Under the pieces are notes generated by a model. That model did no database searches and was not told the DNA's origin. It saw nothing but the letters and a program-made list of their open reading frames with translations. A DNA stretch of 64,000 nt, taken from NCBI GenBank assembly GCA_001795615.1, contig MGKI01000014.1:5380-69379 (forward strand). Direction: 5' to 3'. Shown in pieces: positions 1 through 9,129 of this stretch. Both the position numbers and the translations under genes were made by a program. Position 1 is the stretch's first letter; every line of letters starts with the position of its first letter. This stretch comes from Candidatus Yanofskybacteria bacterium RIFCSPLOWO2_01_FULL_42_49. Its GTDB lineage: Bacteria; Patescibacteriota; Minisyncoccia; 2-02-FULL-40-12; GWA2-44-9.

Positions 1-979
1 GAAGGTTTTAGAGTCTTGGAGATTCAAAAGTATAGTGTTTTCTTTGACCATCCTTGCGTCCATTACCTTGGCAACCAACGAGGCTTTCGCTAGCGGTTTC
101 TGAGATTTCTTCAGAATATTAACCAGAACATCTTTTACTGTACCCGATGAATAGCCCCACTCCGACAAAGCATACATTCCTCGGCCAACCAAAACAAATC
201 TGCCATCTTTTATCAACTCATTGTGGACCGTTTGAACATTGGCTTTTTTATTTGAAAAACTAACTTCATTTATAAGCTTGGCTATGTCGCCGAAATGCTT
301 GGGAGATTTTGCTTTCTTAAGCACCAGATAGGCCTTATCCTTGACACCCCTCGGCTTTACTTCCGGCCACGATACCAAGCCCACTTCGTCAAATATATTT
401 TTGCTGATTGTTTTACTTACCGATAAACATGTGTCCAAGTTGTCTATGGAATTATTTTTTGCAAAAGAAGGAAGGTCTCCGGCGGGAACAACTCCCGAGT
501 TTTTCTCCAACGCCTTAGTCAATAAGGCCATTGTGTTTTTGAAAGAATTCAATTTTTCGGAGTTAGACGACCAGAAAGCGTTGAACTCGTCGTTTTCAGG
601 AGATCTGGCCAAACTGCCGTCAACTGAAAGGACGAATAATAAAGAGGCATTAGCTGAAGTATCAGCTTCTTGGCCGCTGAAAGATTTAAACAAGTTTTTT
701 TCTTTTACTACTCCCCCCTTGGAGTCAATCAGGTCTCTGGCCCAATTCACATAGTTTGCAACCCCGCTATTAGTAAAAACTGATTTAGAAAGCTGTTTCA
801 GAGCAAACTCCTCTATTTGTCTGACTCTTTCTCTTGTAATGCCATAGCCCTGGCCAATTGATTCCAGGGTTTCCTTTTTGCCGTTTTTCAATCCAAAACG
901 ACGAGATATTATATCCCTGTTTCTTGGCGCCAGATCTTTCACTAAAGAGACGACCACTTGTTGTATGTCTTTCGACATC
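1..979 (-). CDS. HTH protein with N-terminal sigma-70 region-4-like domain; 3' end truncated by the window edge
   Basis: Manual translation of the minus strand from ATG (rc of 977-979) gives MSKDIQQVVVSLVKDLAPRNRDIISRRFGLKNGKKETLESIGQGYGITRERVRQIEEFALKQLSKS... The ITRERVRQIE motif is the region 4.2 helix-turn-helix signature. The frame stays open to position 1. It is absent from the ORF track because it has no stop inside the window. Confidence 0.5.
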
Positions 980-1094
980 ATAAAATAATGCGAATCTACA
1001 AATGACAAGCGAATGCTGCGAGTAACTATGTTATTGGTAACATTCCCTTTTCATTAATAGCTTTATATTATACTACCATTAAAACTAAATGTGG

Positions 1095-1997
1095 TCAACT
1101 AATGCGACGACGATCAGAACGGGACCACCTAACAAGAAGCGGCGAGGCAACAAATATAGATGAATATGCTCCTAAAAATATGCCCATTATCAGAGCCAGT
1201 GAAAAGTAGTGAATACTCTCTCCGCCGAAGACATATATGGCAAAAAGCGATAAAAGCGTGGTAAATGTCGTATTTAAAGACCGGGTCAAAGTCTGCATAA
1301 TACTCTTGTGGACAACGGCTGGAAATCCGCCGACCGATGAAGTGCTACCTCCTTTTATAATATTTTCTCTAACTCTGTCAAATACCACTACAGTGTCGGC
1401 AACGGAATAGCCAAGGATAGTCAGTACTGCAGCCACAAAGACAGCGCTTATTTCCACGCCGTAAAATTTTCCTAAAACCGCAAATACCCCCAAAGGTATT
1501 ATGACATCGTGGAGCAAGGCTACTATGGCCGCAAATCCCATGACCCACGGCGACAGAGTTCTTGATAGTTTTCTGAAAACCAGAGCGATATAGATTATCA
1601 CGGACAACAGTACCAAAGATACGGCTTTTATACTTTTGCTTTTCAGCTCTTTTCCAATAACGGGTCCTATAGATTCAAACCTTTCTTCTTCAATTCCAGG
1701 AAACTTGTCCCGTAAAACAGACAAAATATTCTGATGGTCTGTTTCGGATAACTCTTTCGCTCTTAATATAACGCCGCTATCGCCGGTATAATTGACGGCT
1801 ACATCTGTCAGTCCGGTTTCTGCCAAAGAGTTTCTGAAATCATCAAGAGAAGGCTTCTCTCCCTGGAGATTAAATTCCATAACACTGCCGCCTTTAAAAT
1901 CGGCGCTAAAATTCAAGCCATATGTAAAAAGCAAAACAGCGCTTGCTATGACAAGCAGTATCGAGAACCAGAACATTGTTGTGTATATGCGAAGCAT
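1095..1997 (-). CDS. secF: protein-export membrane protein SecF
   Basis: 300-aa polytopic membrane protein with SecF-like periplasmic loop and C-terminal TM bundle, directly downstream of secD on the same strand. Confidence 0.85.
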   Translation of the reverse strand: MLRIYTTMFWFSILLVIASAVLLFTYGLNFSADFKGGSVMEFNLQGEKPSLDDFRNSLAETGLTDVAVNYTGDSGVILRAKELSETDHQNILSVLRDKFPGIEEERFESIGPVIGKELKSKSIKAVSLVLLSVIIYIALVFRKLSRTLSPWVMGFAAIVALLHDVIIPLGVFAVLGKFYGVEISAVFVAAVLTILGYSVADTVVVFDRVRENIIKGGSTSSVGGFPAVVHKSIMQTLTRSLNTTFTTLLSLFAIYVFGGESIHYFSLALIMGIFLGAYSSIFVASPLLVRWSRSDRRRIS

Positions 1998-2088
1998 AAG
2001 TATAATGCGAAACTACGAACAACTATGCGAACCTACGAACCGTTCGCAACGTTCGCATTTGAGTTAGCATGGTTCGCATTATTATTTC

Positions 2089-3423
2089 TTAAAACATCCA
2101 TCTTTTCTTCTCCCACCGCTGTCCCGCAAACAAAAGTAATATCTTTCTTGTAACAATAGTGGCTGTAAACAAACTCACCAATACCCCTATCCCCAAAGTA
2201 AGCGCAAAACCCTTCACCATTGAAGTGGTAAACATATACAAAACAAGTGCGCCTATCAGAGTTGTAACATGGCTGTCTCGAACGGACAACCAAGCGCGTT
2301 TGAAACCTTCCTCCATGGACTGAGTAAGCGTTTTGCCAGCTTTCAGTTCTTCTCTCATACGGGCAAAAATAAGAACATTGGCATCAACGGCCATGCCCAG
2401 TGAAAGTATAAAACCAGCAATACCGGCCAGCGTTAATGTAACTGGTATCAGTTTATAAAACGCTAAGACAATGAGAACATAAACAACAAGCGCCGCAACA
2501 GAGACTACCCCTGGCAGACGGTAGAAAAGAATCATAAACAACGCAACGGCAATAAGACCGTAGACGCCGGCAACCAGACTTTTGACAAGGGATTCTTGGC
2601 CCAAAGATGCCCCGATTGTCTGTTGAGATATTAATTTAATCGGTACCGGCAAAGCGCCAGAGTTTAAACGAGTAACCAGCAACTTTGCTTCTTGAGGAGT
2701 AAACTTTCCACTTATAACAGCGCTACCGTCCGGAATCTCGGTTTGCACAACCGGTATGCTGATAGGCATACCGTCAAGATATATGGCAACCAACTTCCCG
2801 ATATTCCTTCGTGTTATTTCAGAGAACAGTTCCGCCCCCTCGCCGGTCAACTGTAAACTAACCTGCGGAATGTTGGTTTGGGGATCAAAAACCAACTGCG
2901 CTCTTTCAAGGTGTCTCCCGTTTAGACCGGTAGCTAAAAACGGTTCTTCACTCAGCCGTTCGCCTCTTGATTGCGCATCTAGTATGTCTCTGGTGCCGTC
3001 CGTTTCTTCTTTAAACTCAAGAAATGGCGTTTCGCCAATCAATTGAATAGCCTGATTGACATCGCTTATGCCCGCCAGTTCAACTATCAGACGATCACTT
3101 CCGCTCACTTGCACCACCGGTTCGGAAACACCAAAAAAGTTGACTCTTCTTTCCACCACATCTCTGACGCCCTGCATAGCATCCGCTGCGTTAAGATCGC
3201 CAACTTGATTTAAGTCGGCTTCATATACCAAGTGCGTACCACCGAGCAAATCCAGACCGAGACGAAACGGAGGAAGTTTCCAGTTTCTAGTTTCCAGTTT
3301 CCAGTTTAAAAAACCCGCGGTTTTTTCCACGCCTTGCGGGTAGACAAAGACCAACAAAAAAAGAGAAGCAACAATCAGAGTTATTAGAAAATATGAATTT
3401 TTCACTAAAGAGTAATTAAACAT
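2089..3423 (-). CDS. secD: protein translocase subunit SecD
   Basis: 444 aa with an N-terminal TM segment, a large periplasmic domain and C-terminal 6-TM SSD-type domain; adjacent to secF. Confidence 0.85.
   Translation of the reverse strand: MFNYSLVKNSYFLITLIVASLFLLVFVYPQGVEKTAGFLNWKLETRNWKLPPFRLGLDLLGGTHLVYEADLNQVGDLNAADAMQGVRDVVERRVNFFGVSEPVVQVSGSDRLIVELAGISDVNQAIQLIGETPFLEFKEETDGTRDILDAQSRGERLSEEPFLATGLNGRHLERAQLVFDPQTNIPQVSLQLTGEGAELFSEITRRNIGKLVAIYLDGMPISIPVVQTEIPDGSAVISGKFTPQEAKLLVTRLNSGALPVPIKLISQQTIGASLGQESLVKSLVAGVYGLIAVALFMILFYRLPGVVSVAALVVYVLIVLAFYKLIPVTLTLAGIAGFILSLGMAVDANVLIFARMREELKAGKTLTQSMEEGFKRAWLSVRDSHVTTLIGALVLYMFTTSMVKGFALTLGIGVLVSLFTATIVTRKILLLFAGQRWEKKRWMF
3281..3312. 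repeat. heptamer tandem repeat (AGTTTCC/AGTTTCT) inside secD
   Basis: tttccagtttctagtttccagtttccagttt encodes NWKLETRNWKLP in the SecD periplasmic domain. Confidence 0.55.
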
Positions 3424-3521
3424 ATTATAAAAAATAAGGCAAGAAAACTATGGATCAGCTTGGCAATAAAAAATCCCACGAAATTACCATGGGACCTGCT
3501 AACAAAATGTTGGATGAGTTA

Positions 3522-4388
3522 TTACTTCTTGATATCGAATACGGGGGTGACACTACCGCCACTGACGACAAAAGTGCATCCACCCTTCAGACAAACATCT
3601 TTTTGCATCTTGATTGCCTCAAGGGAAACAAACTGTTCGGTGTTCAAACCCATCTCTCTGCGATAAGCATTGTCCGATACAGCCCGCTGCCTCTCAGCCG
3701 CTTCACGCTCTTTCTCTGCGGCAAGACGCTGAACTTCGGTTTTCTGAAGTTGTTCTTGCCGAGCCGTTTCAACCCTCTGTTCCTTAATTTCATTTGGCGG
3801 GTTGGCTCGGCCGATTGTGATATCGATGAGCTCGACTGGAAGCTTGATCCGTGCGAATTCCGCTCGCATTTCAACCTCAACCTGTTCATCGATTTGTTCA
3901 ATTGTTGACTTACCGCCGGATTCGGGAGTGGTATCACTAACCATCTCGCTCATCCCGTAGTTCTTGACAGCGCGACGGACGGCACGCTCCCATGGCCTGA
4001 AGACATTGTTGGAATACCACGCCGGTGCCGAATAACTCTCGTTCCAAGGGATATCGTCAACACCAAACTCGACGGCAAGACGAACCGGATCAGTGACCCG
4101 AACACGCATCGCCGCGTTGAAGTCCAGTGGCACGTTATCCTTGGAAAACATGTCATCGATGACCATCGTGAACTGAATCGGCTTGATATCAACATATCGT
4201 AACTCCGTCGACAGCGCAAACCATTCTCGACCGGTCTGGACCGATTGTTGTCTGACGCCACCGTCTCCAAAGAACCATGGTTTTTTGACGACCACGGCAA
4301 CCTGCCCCTCATTGGGTGTTGCCGCGTGACATCCTGTGATAATAACGGCAGCGATTGCCAAGGTTGTAATTTGTGCAACTCTCTTCAT
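3522..4388 (-). CDS. SPFH/Band-7 family lipoprotein
   Basis: The start is set at ATG rc 4386-4388, preceded by AAGGAGG. The lipoprotein signal is MKRVAQITTLAIAAVIITGC. An SPFH-like core is followed by a charged E/R/Q-rich coiled-coil tail. The gene is clearly more GC-rich (about 55-58%) than its neighbours. Confidence 0.6.
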   Translation of the reverse strand: MKRVAQITTLAIAAVIITGCHAATPNEGQVAVVVKKPWFFGDGGVRQQSVQTGREWFALSTELRYVDIKPIQFTMVIDDMFSKDNVPLDFNAAMRVRVTDPVRLAVEFGVDDIPWNESYSAPAWYSNNVFRPWERAVRRAVKNYGMSEMVSDTTPESGGKSTIEQIDEQVEVEMRAEFARIKLPVELIDITIGRANPPNEIKEQRVETARQEQLQKTEVQRLAAEKEREAAERQRAVSDNAYRREMGLNTEQFVSLEAIKMQKDVCLKGGCTFVVSGGSVTPVFDIKK

Positions 4389-4564
4389 TAGTTCCTCCTT
4401 GCTACTTTTGGATCTTCCGACCCTAAATAGTAGCCACTTTTTTGAGTTGACAACGAACGCGAGTACTATATTAACATATTTATAAAATAATGCAAGAAGA
4501 GGGATGAGGCCATACAAAAATAGGCCTCATTTGAGGACAATGCACAATAGTAGTGGTGGAGCGA

Positions 4565-6010
4565 CTATTCCAATTTCTCTCTGCCCTTATGAGGTTTTTG
4601 TTGTTCTAACCACTCCTTGACCGCCATCGTCGCCCTGACATCATCTTCGTTATACTTCAGAATTTTTTTCAAAATGACATCGGATTTGTTTTCCAACCAC
4701 TCGTTATACCAAACCACTGACTCGGCCCCGCCCGCTTCGGGGTCATTCCATTTATAACCAACATACCCCGCAACATCTTTCAAGCTGTAGAAATAAAGGG
4801 GTAAAATTACGGACTCAACGGTTTGGTTATAAAGGTCTATCGTATTTTCTCTAAACTTTGAAACCAACGCCGACGGGGCGCCGTATTTCAATGCGAATTG
4901 GTCAAAAACAACTTTCTCGAGAAACGCGTAGTGATAAATTACGAAATCGTTCAAGTCCGCCAGAAAATCTAAAAAACTTCTCCAAATTTCCGACTCTTCG
5001 TCTTTATTGTTCGCAAAAAAGTGTCTGTATTCAACAGATCCCGACTTTGTATCTTTGATCAACACTCCGAGCAGATAATGAATATCTCTTGTCGGATCGC
5101 TCTCAATGTCAAAATAAATTTCATAACGGACTTTGGGGAAGTTACCCTTTTTCAATATCAACGGCTCTTGAGAAATCAGAGACTTGGCTTGATTATTAAA
5201 TCTCACCAACTTATCAAACGGCCAATCTTCGAGTTTTGCTTGAAGCTCATTTACATCAGCGTCTGCCACTTGGCCCACCGTCCTTATGCCGATGTCATAA
5301 AGCCGCCTCTGGTCGGATTGGCTTATCCTAAATATCAGCGACACATCATTGCATTCCCTCGCTCCCTCAACACACAATGAATACCATGGAGTTTTCTTAC
5401 ATCCAGACTTCAAAAACGGCGCAGGTTTTTCTCCCTCAAGAATTTTCTCTATCTGCTCTCTGGTAACATGAAACTGGCTGACAAAATCATCAACAAGAAA
5501 TGAACGGGTATTGCCGTCAGGATCAATAACGAAAGCTTCTTTTGGCCTTACCCCTTGCAACCTTTCCAGTATCAAGCTATAGAAAACGAGTTGGAATTTG
5601 TACTGATCGCCGATATCAAGGGAACTCTGAACATCATAAACGACATAGTGCCAGTCACCCAAATCCGACTTTCCCGCTTGAGCTTCAAGCAAATCCGGCA
5701 TCCCCACCCAATTCTCATGCATCAAAACGCCGTGATATATGTTTTTCCCTTGCTTCATTAATTCCAGTGTCGCCAGAAACGCTTCTTCAAGGTCGCGAAA
5801 CGACTCGGGTTTTATCTGTTCAAACTCTTTAAATTTTCTGATTGATTCGCTGGTATTGGCCAACTTGCCCTTGTACAGAAGCTCCAGTATCGGCGGAATG
5901 TGCTTTTTCTTTTTCGCATCAGCGTAAATGTCGTACCAAATCCAATGCGGACACTGGAAAAATTTGTAGAAATGTTCAGGGGTAAGAAATTTTTTATTCG
6001 CTTCGCTCAT
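4565..6010 (-). CDS. RecB-family nuclease, TM0106-like (N-terminal Cas4-like PD-(D/E)XK domain fused to C-terminal RNase-H-like exonuclease domain)
   Basis: The N-terminus (FFQCPHWIWYD ... YVVYDVQSSLDIGDQYKFQLVFYSLILERLQG) is paralogous to the adjacent Cas4-like gene. The C-terminus contains an RNase-H-fold exonuclease-like block (YFDIESDP...YHYAFLEK...YNEDDV). Confidence 0.6.
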   Translation of the reverse strand: MSEANKKFLTPEHFYKFFQCPHWIWYDIYADAKKKKHIPPILELLYKGKLANTSESIRKFKEFEQIKPESFRDLEEAFLATLELMKQGKNIYHGVLMHENWVGMPDLLEAQAGKSDLGDWHYVVYDVQSSLDIGDQYKFQLVFYSLILERLQGVRPKEAFVIDPDGNTRSFLVDDFVSQFHVTREQIEKILEGEKPAPFLKSGCKKTPWYSLCVEGARECNDVSLIFRISQSDQRRLYDIGIRTVGQVADADVNELQAKLEDWPFDKLVRFNNQAKSLISQEPLILKKGNFPKVRYEIYFDIESDPTRDIHYLLGVLIKDTKSGSVEYRHFFANNKDEESEIWRSFLDFLADLNDFVIYHYAFLEKVVFDQFALKYGAPSALVSKFRENTIDLYNQTVESVILPLYFYSLKDVAGYVGYKWNDPEAGGAESVVWYNEWLENKSDVILKKILKYNEDDVRATMAVKEWLEQQKPHKGREKLE

Positions 6011-6098
6011 TGATTATAATCCTAATCTACGAATTTATCCGAATGCTCCGAATAACAATTTGGGGCATTTGGATGCCATTTGCGGATTTGGATTATGG

Positions 6099-6827
6099 TC
6101 AAACATTAAAATCCTCCGGCATGTATTGCTTTACCATACTAACATAATGGCAATGATCGCAATGCTTCTGCGCATTGCCGCTTGCCGAAGGAGGTTCATC
6201 TTGCCTTGCCAGCTCAACTGCCGCTTCAAAAGTCGGACCAACCCATTCAGTATTAATCTTGACCGGTCTTACTTCTTCCGTAAACTTCAAGACATTACCA
6301 AAACCAGTCTCCCCTTCTTTGACAACTTTATAAAAAACAAAGAAGGCTTCGGGATAAGTTTCATAACCCTTCTGTTTCAATATATAATTATAAACATCCA
6401 TTTGTTTCTGATAATCATCGTAAATAGTTATCTCTTTTGCGCCGGAAGATTTATAATCAATCACCCCCAAAGAACCGTCTTTAAACTCCAGAACATCATC
6501 AACTGCGCCGTACAATACGGCATTTAAAGCTTCGTCATGATAAACAACCCCTTTAAAATTATTCCGCCATTCAGAAAGTTCCTCGCCGTTAAATAACTTT
6601 GCATCCTTAATTCCGTGACTTTTCAGAATCGGAGGCAAAGTGCCTTTCTCTCGATATTTGTCGAATTCTTTTTTAACCAAATAGTCCACGGCGATAGAAA
6701 GCGTGAACGGATATCCAGGCGGCCTTTTCACTTTGTGATGCAAATCCAGCCAAAAACAGCGTGGACATTCCTGAAACAATTTCAACCCGCTTCGGGAAAT
6801 TTTGAGAGTATTCGAAAATTTTAGCAT
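6099..6827 (-). CDS. PD-(D/E)XK nuclease, Cas4/RecB-like (DUF83-type) with Cys cluster
   Basis: N-terminal FQECPRCFWLD and C-terminal CDHCHY cysteines; core GVIDYKSSGAKE...YDDYQKQMDVYNYIL matches PD-(D/E)XK motifs II/III and Q-h-x-x-Y. Confidence 0.6.
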   Translation of the reverse strand: MLKFSNTLKISRSGLKLFQECPRCFWLDLHHKVKRPPGYPFTLSIAVDYLVKKEFDKYREKGTLPPILKSHGIKDAKLFNGEELSEWRNNFKGVVYHDEALNAVLYGAVDDVLEFKDGSLGVIDYKSSGAKEITIYDDYQKQMDVYNYILKQKGYETYPEAFFVFYKVVKEGETGFGNVLKFTEEVRPVKINTEWVGPTFEAAVELARQDEPPSASGNAQKHCDHCHYVSMVKQYMPEDFNV

Positions 6828-6850
6828 TGAAGTTATTGTACACTAGTTTT

Positions 6851-6888
6851 TATAAAACTTAAAAGCCGCTTGAAAAAATCAAGCGGCT
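6851..6888 (-). terminator. intrinsic terminator after the JAB gene
   Basis: agccgcttga (6864-6873) pairs with tcaagcggct (6879-6888) around a 5-nt loop. A U-rich tail follows on the minus strand. Confidence 0.5.
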
Positions 6889-7462
6889 ATGTATAACCTA
6901 AAGCCCTGTTCAGCGACTTGAGCGCAGCGGGTGCTTGAATAAAAAAACATTCTTCCTTCAAATCTCCATTTCCCTCTTTTGTGACCCGGAGTATGTTTAT
7001 GTGGAATTTATATTTACCAAGAGACCCTCGGATACCGCCCTCGGCAGTACCTTGCCATAAAATTCTATCCTTGTTGATAGACGAAATTTTTATAACTACC
7101 GACAACGGACAACCGCCCCGAAGCATGTCTTTCATGTCCGTACTGCTCAAGGTCGGTTCCCTCTTGTGAGATCCCCACTCGGGATGCGAATGAAAGTCGC
7201 CGATAACCGGAAAAATGGCCGGATATTTTTTGAAAAATTCTTTCATGTTTCTCTCGCTTAACTTACTTTGTTCTATTTCTTTATTACGGCGTTTTTTGGC
7301 AAGTTGCACGGCCACAGCGCTGGTTATAATAAAATTATTTCTGGTTCTGCTAGGCTTTCTGCCAAAAATATAGCCAAAACATTCTCTCTTAAATGTTTCC
7401 ACGGATGAAAGTACCATTGTAAAAAACGGCTCTTCCTCTATGTAGACAGTCGGCGGATCCAC
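6887..7462 (-). CDS. JAB/MPN (JAMM) domain metalloprotease-like protein
   Basis: JAMM motif E...HSHP...SSTD (GDFHSHPEWGSHKREPTLSSTD). A 10-bp-stem hairpin plus T-run directly after the stop. Confidence 0.6.
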   Translation of the reverse strand: MDPPTVYIEEEPFFTMVLSSVETFKRECFGYIFGRKPSRTRNNFIITSAVAVQLAKKRRNKEIEQSKLSERNMKEFFKKYPAIFPVIGDFHSHPEWGSHKREPTLSSTDMKDMLRGGCPLSVVIKISSINKDRILWQGTAEGGIRGSLGKYKFHINILRVTKEGNGDLKEECFFIQAPAALKSLNRALGYT

Positions 7463-7517
7463 GGTTCACCTGTTTTGTAAGGAACAGTTTAATAATTCAA
7501 GCTAAATTTTTACGATT

Positions 7518-7547
7518 TGTCAAAAACAAAAAGTCCTTTTCGGACTT
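7518..7547 (-). terminator. intrinsic terminator after the carboxypeptidase gene
   Basis: Hairpin aagtcc/ggactt (7531-7547) immediately after the stop, followed on the minus strand by tttgttttt. Confidence 0.5.
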
Positions 7548-9056
7548 TTAAACACCATAAATACCCGAGTACTTGGTTTGAAGATATTCTTGAAAATAAC
7601 TGACGGATAACTCTTGGCCGGTAACGCGTTTTACTAATTCAGCCGCGCTATAGAGTTTACCCTTGCTGTGGACATTGGTCCTAAGCCAACCCAGAAGAAG
7701 CTTAAAAAATTCTTCAGGGAGTATTTTTTCCGGTAAATCCGCCATGGCTGCGTTGCAAAACTGAGCCGCATAAAGGTTTCCCAGCGCATAGGTCGGGAAA
7801 TAGCCGAATGATCCCTCCGACCAGTGAATATCCTGAAGCACTCCGTTAGCGTCTTTATCGACTTCTATGCCAAAATAATCAGCCACTTTTTGATTCCATG
7901 CCCGGGGCAAATCATTAACGGTTAAATGTCCTCCGATCAGGTCCTTCTCAATTTCAAAACGAAAGATGACATGCAGATTATAAGTAACCTCATCGGCGTC
8001 AACTCTTATTAAAGACGGCCTGACGCAGTTAATCGCCTTGTAAAAACTCTCAAGTGAAACACCGGCTAAAACTTCGCTGAAGTACAACTTTAGCTCCGGG
8101 AAAAAATATTCCCAAAATAAGTGGGACCGTCCGATATAATTCTCCCATAGCCGAGAATTAAATTCATGAATGCCTAGTGATACCGCTTCACCTCTGGGAG
8201 TGCCGAAATATTCAACCGGGAGCCCTTGCTCATACATGCCGTGGCCAGATTCATGAATAGCGCTCATAAGACACTGCTCAACAAAATCATCTTTTTTATA
8301 TCGTACGGTGATGCGGACATCGGAAGGATGTAACTCCTGGCAAAACGGGTGAAGGCTTGTCCCCATATGACCGGCATCCAGATCAAATCCAATTCGAGTC
8401 AAAACCATTTTGGCGAACTTCTTCTGCTTTCCGATATCCCAAGGTCCTTTCAAAAATGATCGGTCGGTCTTAACTGAAGAGTTTGCTATCTTAGAAACAA
8501 ACGGCACAAGGAATTTTTTTAATTCGGTAAATGTTTTTTCTGCTTTGTCGCTGGTCAATCCCGGTTCAAAATCATCAAGCAAAACATCGTACCACGAATC
8601 ACTAGGATTAACTAACTCGGCTTCTTGTCTCTTAAGTTCAACGATTTTTTCCAAATGAGGCGCAAATAAACCAAAATCTGAGTTTTTTCTCGCTCTTGCC
8701 CAAAAGTCGTGAGCACGAGCGCAAGTTAAGCTAAGCTCGTCTACAAATTCGTTAGGCAGTTTTTTTGACTTAACGAAATCGCACAAAGTTTCACGGACTA
8801 TACAGGATTCATCTTCATTAAGTTCTCCCCGATCCATAGCCTCTTGTGCTTGCATTAACACCGTTTCAAATTCAGATGATGTAAAATTCCTGTGATACAG
8901 TCCCGAGACATGAGCCATCAGTTGGGCCCTGGCTTCGTAACCCTTAGCAGGAACATTAACCTGCTGGTCCCAGCTCAAAAGAGCATTCATGGAACCAAGA
9001 TGCTGTAAACCTAAAAGTTTATCCCTTAACACTGCCACTGCTAGATTCATGGTCAA
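7548..9056 (-). CDS. M32 family carboxypeptidase (carboxypeptidase Taq-like)
   Basis: 502 aa with the HESGHGMYE zinc motif (HEXXH) and overall M32 architecture. Confidence 0.85.
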   Translation of the reverse strand: MTMNLAVAVLRDKLLGLQHLGSMNALLSWDQQVNVPAKGYEARAQLMAHVSGLYHRNFTSSEFETVLMQAQEAMDRGELNEDESCIVRETLCDFVKSKKLPNEFVDELSLTCARAHDFWARARKNSDFGLFAPHLEKIVELKRQEAELVNPSDSWYDVLLDDFEPGLTSDKAEKTFTELKKFLVPFVSKIANSSVKTDRSFLKGPWDIGKQKKFAKMVLTRIGFDLDAGHMGTSLHPFCQELHPSDVRITVRYKKDDFVEQCLMSAIHESGHGMYEQGLPVEYFGTPRGEAVSLGIHEFNSRLWENYIGRSHLFWEYFFPELKLYFSEVLAGVSLESFYKAINCVRPSLIRVDADEVTYNLHVIFRFEIEKDLIGGHLTVNDLPRAWNQKVADYFGIEVDKDANGVLQDIHWSEGSFGYFPTYALGNLYAAQFCNAAMADLPEKILPEEFFKLLLGWLRTNVHSKGKLYSAAELVKRVTGQELSVSYFQEYLQTKYSGIYGV

Positions 9057-9129
9057 GTCTTCCTGTCAATGAACTAGTTAGGATTAAAATACAGTAAAGA
9101 CTTAATGTGGTCAATAAAAAATATGCGGT

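Noticed and set aside
341-754. 137-aa plus-strand ORF in the six-frame track
   Set aside because: Lies entirely antisense to the convincing minus-strand HTH gene (1-979), whose translation shows a clear region-4 motif. No SD or domain. Spurious.
1792-3046. Several 60-100-aa ORFs (1792-2067, 2033-2293, 2756-3046) overlapping secF/secD
   Set aside because: Alternative-frame or antisense ORFs inside well-supported membrane-protein genes.
3950-4378. 142-aa and 97-aa minus-strand ORFs within the SPFH gene region, and the 331-aa version of the SPFH ORF starting at 4517
   Set aside because: Alternative frames of a GC-rich gene generate long ORFs. The lipoprotein start at 4388 has a strong SD, and the upstream extension is AT-rich non-coding-like sequence.
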